Assembly: GCA_049999805.1 (NCBI GenBank)
Contig: JBNGIO010006010.1
Coordinates: forward strand, 58,277 to 78,276
Length of the DNA: 20,000 bases
Direction: 5' to 3'
Origin: Folioceros fuciformis
Taxonomy: Eukaryota
The position numbers and the translations under genes were made by a program. Positions within the stretch are counted from its first letter, which is position 1; each line of letters begins with the position of its first letter. Below are positions 12,300-20,000 of this stretch, one piece after another. Under the pieces are notes generated by a model, which was not told where the DNA came from, ran no database searches, and saw only the letters and a program-made list of their open reading frames with translations.

Positions 12300-13800
12300 T
12301 GAAAAAATAACATGCTAAGTATGCTTGCTTTTAGTGAGGAAAAATAAAACCCTCCTTACCAAAGGAGACATTTGGCACACAGGGTACAACGTGTTTGCTT
12401 GCAAGTTGATTACATGGATGTGCAAAGACATGGAAAGTGAACACCTCCCTTTCACCATCAATGTAGTTGATGGAGATGGGTCTGGTGGAGGGCTCAACAA
12501 CCCTCCTCATGGTGGAGGGCTCAACAACTCTCCTCACCACTTTGATTCCAAGTCTCATCTACTCACCTTCCTGAACCGAATTGGAAGTGTGCCTAAGGTG
12601 GTAGGTGTTGGCTCCATCCCCAATAAAGCTACTTTGCCGTTAGGTCAGGGAACTCCTCTAGTGCGGTAGCAACCCGTGGTGCTTTGGCTACCTTCTAAAA
12701 AACCCTAATAATATTTCTATGGTAAAAGGAGAAATCAGCATCCAACTATTACATAGCCTCCATCACCAGATGCTAGAGCCCTTTATACTCCGACCTCTAG
12801 AAGGCCTAGAGTAGGTCTTCATGTTGGGTGACCGTGCTCTTCATTACCCTCTAAACATCCTTCAGCGCACATTAGGATGTTTGCCAACTCATAGCTAGTT
12901 AGAGTGTGAAGAGAGTTTACACTTAGTTCCTCTGGGTCTCCATTACCTGTAGGTTGGAATGGGCCTTCATATATAAGATTGAGGACTTTAGCTTCAAGTT
13001 CTCCTATCATACATTCCTAACCTACTCCTTGAGCCCATCTGTAACTAGTTGGGAATAATGGATCTACAATACATTAGCATATGTTTGGTAGTCCTTCGCC
13101 TCCCATTGGTTTGAAGCTTGTAGAGTGTGGTGAAGGGCTATTTGGTCGTCCGTCCACTTGTTGGCCTCTATGACCCTCTTATTGAGGTCTTCGTGCACAT
13201 CCAAAGCACAATCGTGCTCCCTCCAGTATTAGTCCTAATTTGCTACATGGTAGCATCATGCCTCCTTAATGTTTGTCTCCTTTCTCTCATACGCCACTCG
13301 CTCCTTTGCTTATGTCGTCCATGTCTTCTTCACACTTGTAGCCTCCAACGCTCAAGCCTTCTCCATCTCTTCGGCGCATGCCTTCCTCTTCTACACCTCT
13401 TTTAACTCATGGGTGGTCTTTCTCCTTCTCTAAGGCGGAGGTATGGGCTTCATGAAGTTGCTTAGCAACAGCCCAAAAGGTCTCGGTCATTCCAAAGTCT
13501 TTTCGCACTCCTGTTAAAAACACTCCACTTCCTCTCTAAGTTCGGTAGTGGAGTTCAAGGCTTTATTACATATCTCTTCTAGTTTGGACCCTAGCTCCAC
13601 CACATGCACCCGTAGGTCCCAGCACTTTAAGCCTTTGTTTAGACCACTTTAGAGAAGGCCCATGCAAGGCCCTCCGCAATTGCTATAACTCTCCATGCAA
13701 CTTTTGTCGTGCCCTCCGCCAAAGCGCCATTAAGTAATATACTAGAGTCTAATAGGGTTGCCAAAGAGAACGAGGCCCTAATGGCCTTCTACATGGACTC
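12300..13800 (-). mobile_element. Heavily degenerate, probably retroelement-derived coding relic (charged/coiled-coil-like)
   Basis: Minus strand is purine-rich with E/K/R-rich fragments broken by many stops. No diagnostic domain recognised. Confidence 0.3.
12484..12537. repeat. 27-bp tandem repeat, 2 copies
   Basis: ggtggagggctcaacaaccctcctcat / ggtggagggctcaacaactctcctcac. Confidence 0.9.
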
Positions 13801-14233
13801 TTGATTGATTACCCCACCCTTGATCAAGTCTTTTATTACAATACATCTTAGAGGAATTTCCTCTAGGCACGGGGCTCGTAAACTGACCTAGTTGTTGGTG
13901 GGGGAATCTCTCTGCAAGCAGGCAGATTTTTTTTTTTTTTGTGAGGAAAAAAATCTGATTATTCGTAGTTTTGGCTACACCAGCGGCTTTTCAATTGTGT
14001 ATGCAATTGAATGAGATCTTAGCCTGCACTCAAAGTCTAAGCTGCAGAAGCGAGCAAAGCTGAACTTCCCTACGATCAAGAGCCACCCAGCCCTTACTTG
14101 CCTCATGGGTAGGTGTGATCCCATTGGTCATTGTGTTGGAGGAAGCCTACTAGTATCCATTGTCTCCGCCTGAACTTAGTGTGAGCAGACGTTTAAATAC
14201 TTTCCGTGAACACCAGTACTTGCTCCCAGATGC

Positions 14234-14437
14234 GCCATAATAGAGCTTTCCTAGCTACCGGCTCACTCCCGACATATACCATTGCTATCCAGTTTTGCCA
14301 CAAGGAGAACAATGATAGGGACCAAACCACTCCCAGCCATAGTAGAGCTTTCCTAGCTACCAGCTCACTCCCGACATATACCATTGCTATCCAGTTTTGC
14401 CACAAGGAGAACAATGATAGGGACCAAACCACTCCCA
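14234..14437. repeat. 102-bp tandem duplication (2 copies, 2 mismatches) in the LINE ORF2 C-terminal region
   Basis: Copies start at 14234 and 14336. In-frame repeat of GVVWSLSLFSLWQNWIAMVYVGSE[L/P]VARKALLW on -. Confidence 0.97.
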
Positions 14438-15165
14438 CCATTGGAATTTGAGAAGTGGCCCCCCCTACCTGTCCGTCTAGCCTGAATAAGACAATTTGTT
14501 CGGTAACCAAGATGGCTCTTTCTAGGCAAAGTCATTGTAGCCACTGACCGACCTCGTGCCAAATACCCTGCGCATAATCGCACTGAAAGAAAATATGTTG
14601 GCTTTTATGCGGAGCGCCAACGTTGCATAACCTATAGCATTCCTCCCTCGTGGCCACCAACAACCCGTCCCATCGCTCTGCGTTAGGCAAGCAAGCTTGG
14701 AAAAAGCACCAGATGGTTACCCTCACCTTAGGGGGATCCTTAAGGTCGACCACAAGAGTTTGATCGTTGCCTTTTGCCGACGTTGGGAGAGCCGCAACCT
14801 AGGAGCCAATCGACTTCGCCGAGGGCATTTTTGAGCTCGCACCAACCGGAGATACACGGCCGCCAACGGAAAATTGAAGAGTGACTTCGTAGTGTCCTGC
14901 TTACTTCTTGCGCTCCCAAGCCACGTATATAGGTCGGGGCGCATCACTAGCTCCCAATTCTCCTTCAAGCGAAACCAACATCTTACGGGAAACTGTTGCA
15001 TGGCCTGTTTCATGTTGCCTTGCTCTTCTTGGATAAGCCAAAGGCCCACTTGCCTAGCCCTGTATAGCATAGTAATCCCTCTCAGAGTGACTCGACCCAT
15101 CGCGCCTTCCACTCTACCTTTTTCCTCCAGCAGCCCCTCTGTGTTCAGCGTCCTATAAGATAGGA

Positions 15166-15265
15166 NNNNNNNNNNNNNNNNNNNNNNNNNNNNNNNNNNN
15201 NNNNNNNNNNNNNNNNNNNNNNNNNNNNNNNNNNNNNNNNNNNNNNNNNNNNNNNNNNNNNNNNN
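15166..15265. other. Assembly gap (100 N) flanked by the direct repeat AAGATAGGA
   Basis: AAGATAGGA at 15157-15165 and 15266-15274. Confidence 0.99.
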
Positions 15266-18200
15266 AAGATAGGATTCCTTCCTCATCTATCATTGATGTT
15301 ACGAGCACCCCTTTGTCAAAATCTAGGAGGGGCTCATCCAACTCCTGGTCGGAGCCACCTGCTCTATCTTCCATGGGGTAACCTCCCCACATATTGATGC
15401 CCACCTGAGCTTCTTGTAGCGGCGCTAGCTTCACATCCTCTGCCATCCCTTCCTGGAGCCAAGCAAGCATAAGCCTCACATGCCAAATAGGGACCCCAAA
15501 CTTTTCCCGTATCTCCTCTGCTGATTTCCAACCAGCCTCTCTACGGTTCCACAAGTGTCCGAGCTGCACAATGCCACTTCTGCTAGCGGAACCAAAGATT
15601 CGGGACCGGTACACCTGGGAAAGGAAATCCTGAGACCACAGGCCCCTAAAGCCTTGAAGAGGGAGGCCCAGCACATCATCCCTATTCCTAGGCTTGGCAT
15701 AGATAAGAAACGTTTTCACCTCCAAGAAACTGCGCCAGATTGAAGCAAAGAGAGGGGAGCAATCCCTGGTGTCCAACACAGGCCTATCCGCCAGGAGATT
15801 ATTCATAGACCTCCACCCCCGGGCAACCGCTTGAGATAGCTGTAAGTGTTGGGTTAACCAACTTTTCCAAGGGTATCCCATTGGGCCAGCTGCCTTCAGC
15901 ACCCATTGTGCATATAAGATCTTCATTTTGCTCATGGGGTCAACCAAACCCAATCCCCCCAAGCACTTGCACTAAATAATATGATGCCACGCCACCTATG
16001 CGAAGAAGAGAGCAGCTCCTTAGACTTGCTCCGTAGGAAGTTGGAAATTATCCGTTGCAATCGTCTCAGATCCGCCTTGTTAGGAGCCCACAAGAACAAG
16101 TAGTACCATAGGGATGCGGTCAAAATATGATTGATGACTACAATTCTGCAGGCCAGACTAAGATCCAAAAGTCGTAAGCTGGTTGCCTTCCAGATGAACC
16201 GGAGACATACAAATTTACCAATCTCTGCATTCTCCTCCTCTTCCTGGAACGGCAGGCCCATGTATTTGTGTGACGAGCCGGGTTTGACCCGCTCTATGTG
16301 CCTGATGCATGCGGGCGGCTCCCTCTACAAGTTAATGCACATCATCCTAGTCTTACTCCAATTCACATTACATCCTGATAGTTGCCCAAAAATCTCAACC
16401 TGAGAGAGCAAGGCTGTTAAGGAATTCGTATCTGCCGATGAGAAGAGCATGGTGTCGTCGGCAAAAGTTGAGATACGCAACTGCGAGCCATCGGGATTTT
16501 GGATGGCTTCAATCCTTGAATCTTGCTTGCCTGCTCGCAAGAGAAAGTCAGTGATAATGATGAATAAGAATGGGGCCAATGGGCAGCCTTGCCGCACCGA
16601 ACGCGTAATATCAAATCTTTCGATAAAGGAGCCGTTGACAGAGACCATAGCGCCTACATCCTCATACAGAATTGCAATCCACCTGTAGAAGTTGTTGCCA
16701 AATCCAAAGCTTCGCAGACATCTCTATAGGAAGTGCCATTCAATAGAGTCATAGGCCTTATAGAAATCTAAGGAAATGAACACTATTGGACTATGATGAG
16801 CTAGAGCATTGTACTTAGCTTCACGCATAAGCAACAAGTTGTCAAGAATACACTTGTTCTGAACAAAACCCCATTGCTTCACCTCCAACCACTCGTCCAG
16901 AAATGGCTTGAGCTTATTTGCTATGACCTTGGCAATCACTTTATAAGTTGTTGTAAGCAAAGTGATGGGTCGCCAATTAGCAATGGAGAGATAGCATCCT
17001 ATTTAGGTAAAAGGGAGATGAGGCCCAGGTTAAACCATGGGCCCATACTACCTTCTTCCCAGACCGTATTGACTGCCTCCATGAAGAGTGGACTCATAAA
17101 CTCCCATCCCCAAGCTAGAAATTAGGGGGGGATTCCGTCATGCCTTGGAGATTTGTTCCTCGGCATCTCCTTCAACGCTTGAGCCACCTCCGTAGTAGTA
17201 ATAGGCTTGTCAAGAACACTGCGTTGCTCCTCTGTCACTTTAGCAAGTAACTGCCCATAGGATGAGCTCCAAAGATCCTCCCAACCTACCAGTTTTCCAA
17301 GACTCGCAAAAATCCCTACGTAAAAGCATGTGATCAGTTTTTTCAAACCACTGATGGAGTCTTGCCTGATACCTTGTGCGTTAGGGAGAGCATGTATTCT
17401 TGACTTATGCCGATTCGCTGCCAACTTGTCGAAGAAGAACTTAGAGGGACAATCTCCTTCTTGCACCCATTTTACCTTAGCACGTTTGTACCATCCCCTA
17501 GCTCTGTCCTCCTCAAGCTTTGCCAGGCCGCATTAAATTTCCTGGAGTTGGCTTTCTTTTTCCCAGTCAGCGCACGCTCTTCTCCCGTTCTTTAGACGTA
17601 CCTCAATTCCTCCCGCAAGAAGTCCTCTATCCGGGCTTTGTCTTTTTTGCGCTTCGCTCCCAGCCTCCTCAAGAAGGTGGTGGCTTCGGTGTTCGCGCTC
17701 ATGAGCCGTTGCACAGCCGACTCCTTTCCTTGCTCTATTTCTTGCCATAGCTCCTTGATGCACTCATACACCCTTCTTCCTCTAGAAGAGACGTATTCAT
17801 CCGAAAAACCCTCTTATCCCTTTTGTGCCGGAGGTCTTCGGGAGATAGCTGCAGGGTCAAGTTGATAGGGTGGTGGTCCGAAAGCACTGTACCAGCCAAA
17901 ATACATAGTCCTGCATGAATGGTAGCCACCCAGCGAGGACATAGAATCTATCCAGTCTTCGGGTCCCATAAGCTGCCGGTTGCTGATTGGACCATCTGAA
18001 TCTGAGAGAGTCCTGCAGACGATGCGCCGGCAGAGCCAGCCAGGGGTCTTGCACATTCAGACTGGTGTCCCTTAGTTCTTGCAACGATAAAGGCACCCTC
18101 CAAATATCCACCTCGCTGGTCCCTTGTATGTCCTCTCGTCTTGCGACAAAATTGAAGTCCCCCGCCAACATCCATGGTATCTGATCATTCAGATGTTCTC

Positions 18201-18379
18201 CACGTCTCCTCCACAATATGCTCCTCTCCAAAGCCTCATTAGGAACATAGATGTTGCAGATGCCCAGGGGGCCTAAAGAAGTCTACAACACCACCCACAC
18301 ACTTCACCTTGGATGTGTCGACTTAATGCTTCACATTGTCTTCCCATTGTGCCACTATTTGTAAAAGTTCCTCCTAGTC

Positions 18380-18830
18380 TACCTCCTCCTTAATCTTATC
18401 AAGCCCTAAGAGGGGTCTGAGGGTTGAGGTCTTCTCATATTCTAATATTTGGTAGTAGGCTCCTTTTTCGCACTCCTTACTTGCCTTCTTCTTCCCAATT
18501 AATGGAATGGAGGGAACTCGAAGAGAGTTTGATGGCTTTGTAACAATGATGGACATCATTGGTTGGTCCGATGACACATTAGGGCATGGTATGGCTCTGA
18601 GAGGCATTTGCTGTAATTAGCAGCTGCACTTGTTGGGTTAGCAACTATACCTGTTGGATAAGGAGCTATGAAAATTGCCCGATTGGGGAGGCAACATGCC
18701 CCCGCTCCGATGCTGGAATGTGTTGGGTGAGGCCCTATCTTCGTACCATGGTTGACCATGGTGAGCTGCTTTGCCTTTGTCAAGGCATTAAAGTGCCTCT
18801 AGATATAGTACAAAAATAGAGGTAGGGCCC
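18380..18830 (-). mobile_element. Retroelement gag-like (or LINE ORF1) relic with a degenerate CCHC zinc knuckle
   Basis: At 18586-18543 (-), removing two single-base insertions gives C-P-M-C-H-R-T-N-H-D-V-H-H-C (CX2CX4HX4C), preceded by a low-complexity Q/P/S/N/G-rich tract. Confidence 0.5.
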
Positions 18831-18902
18831 AAAATACTTTCAGGAGGCCATAGGATTCTAGGGAATTCCAATCAGCCTTATGATGGTGGATAGAATCGGT
18901 TA

Positions 18903-18972
18903 CAAAGCCATAGTTTCTCCATCACTACCATAGCTCTCAAAGCCATAGTTTTTCCATCAAAACCATAGCCGT
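18903..18972. repeat. ~35-bp imperfect tandem repeat built from CCATAG/CCATC units
   Basis: caaagccatagtttctccatcactaccatagctct / caaagccatagtttttccatcaaaaccatagccgt. Confidence 0.8.
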
Positions 18973-19286
18973 CCTTCAACTAGTCATTTTGTCGTGCACA
19001 ATTTATTGCACTAAGTATATATATACTTCCACAACAAATCATGAGATGTTTCCCCTTCATGAGCCAAGACTAACTATTGATATCAAGGATTGCTTGCTGC
19101 TGAAAAAAAAGCAGATATGCAGTGCTTCTGTTCAAGTTGGCCCCTAGTACGGCAATGGCGGGTAATATACTGCTAAGTCGGGATACAAAGGGGGAGATGG
19201 GCCCATTGCACAGGTGTGAAGATCTTGGTGGAAGGGGTCCGAAGTAGGGTAGTATGGCAGATAGGGCATGGACGTGAGGACTGCTA

Positions 19287-20000
19287 CTAGAATTCAAATT
19301 GCTCAAATCGGGGAGGGCTCAGAAGCGCAGGGGCAGGCACCTTGGGGTGCACTTCCCGCTCTTGGGAAGTGCTCCGGCTTGGGTCCTGTCTCCACTGGTT
19401 TGGAGACTGGTAGAACCGGCTGGACCGGGTCGAGGAGGTGGGCGACGCCGACGTCAAGTGCGAGGATTGGCGCGACAAGAGGGAAACAGCAGGGCTGAGC
19501 TTTCCGGACAGGCGACTGCCCGCCCTCGACCTCGGACTCTGCGACTGGTACGGGTACCCCACCACCAGTCTCGGCTTGGGCGAGTTGTTAGAGAAACTCG
19601 GGGGGTGGATCGGGACCAAGGGACTCGGCGGGAAGCTGGTGGATCTGGCGAAGCTGGCGGAAGAGGGGTTGGAACTGGGCGAGCTGGCGGAAGAGGGGTT
19701 GGAGGGTGGTGCCCTTGGATTAGGGTTAGGGTTTGGTTTTGTGTGAGTCCGTCGTTGGTAGTGTGCCATGGCCGCGGCAACGATGGTGGCGTGGACTCGG
19801 CTGGCAGGGAAAGAGGAGGAGTCGGAGTCGCCGTCGTCGTCGTAGACTGCGCTCTGAGCCCTAAACCCTGCGTTCGGAGCTCGGTCGGTTCTGAATCTGC
19901 TGGTGGTGCGGCTCTCGAGTCCCGGTTGGCGCTGACCTTGCACCAACTTGCTAAGGGCGCGGGGAGTTCTGCCTCCGAAGTCGCTGCTGAAGTCGGAATG
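19287..20000 (-). CDS. 3' portion (probably the last exon) of an unidentified Ser/Pro/Arg-rich, likely disordered protein; 5'-partial
   Basis: Frame is open from the window edge (HSDFSSDFGGRTPRALSKLVQG...) to TAG at 19287-19289, about 237 codons. GC-rich like the other genes. Ends ...EVHPKVPAPALLSPPRFEQFEF*. Confidence 0.7.
   Translation of the reverse strand, partial: HSDFSSDFGGRTPRALSKLVQGQRQPGLESRTTSRFRTDRAPNAGFRAQSAVYDDDGDSDSSSFPASRVHATIVAAAMAHYQRRTHTKPNPNPNPRAPPSNPSSASSPSSNPSSASFARSTSFPPSPLVPIHPPSFSNNSPKPRLVVGYPYQSQSPRSRAGSRLSGKLSPAVSLLSRQSSHLTSASPTSSTRSSRFYQSPNQWRQDPSRSTSQEREVHPKVPAPALLSPPRFEQFEF

Larger units (their letters stand above)
13927..18360 (-). mobile_element. 5'-truncated, degenerate L1-clade LINE ORF2 (APE endonuclease - RT - zf-RVT) with poly(A) tail
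   Basis: EN: ICNIYVPN, WMLAGDFN, RLDRFYV, SDHHPI. Linker: EGDCPSKFFF, NKSPRHDGIP. RT: WRPITLLTTTYKVIAK, SLDFYKAYDSIEWHFL, VRQGCPLAPFLF, FADD. GGLGL. Zinc finger CYRLC...HIFFQC. T14 at 13927-13940 is a poly(A) tail on -. Numerous stops and frameshifts. Confidence 0.95.

Noticed and set aside
19720..19735. Telomere-like TTAGGG/telo-box motif
   Set aside because: Only two units, and they encode PNPNPNP within the minus-strand ORF.

Overview
Land-plant nuclear DNA with short GT-AG introns of about 80-120 nt. A compact three-locus gene island (~5.2-10.9 kb) sits between two fields of decayed transposons. Left field: a PIF/Harbinger-like relic (Myb/SANT ORF on -, probable transposase C-terminus on +) and a Ty1/copia element whose RT/RNase H has been split by a clean ~1.6-kb internal inversion, followed by a PPT and a probable 3' LTR. 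Gene island: (i) an intron-containing pseudogene of arabinose-5-phosphate isomerase (KdsD/SETH3) with about 5 frameshifts and 2 nonsense codons; (ii) an apparently intact 3-exon gene for an uncharacterised Rossmann-fold, ketopantoate-reductase-like protein (divergent At1g16080-type, apparently without a transit peptide); (iii) a complete 9-exon, 411-aa NAD(H) glutamate dehydrogenase on -, with a probable 5'-UTR intron and TATA box. Right field: minisatellites, a 5'-truncated, poly(A)-tailed L1-clade LINE containing a 102-bp tandem duplication and a 100-N gap flanked by a 9-bp direct repeat, a CCHC knuckle relic, and the 3' end of an unidentified Ser/Pro-rich gene. I found no convincing wholly new system. 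The best leads are the KPR-like gene, the dead Kdo-pathway gene and the precise copia inversion. Family assignments are from motif recognition by eye, not from database searches.
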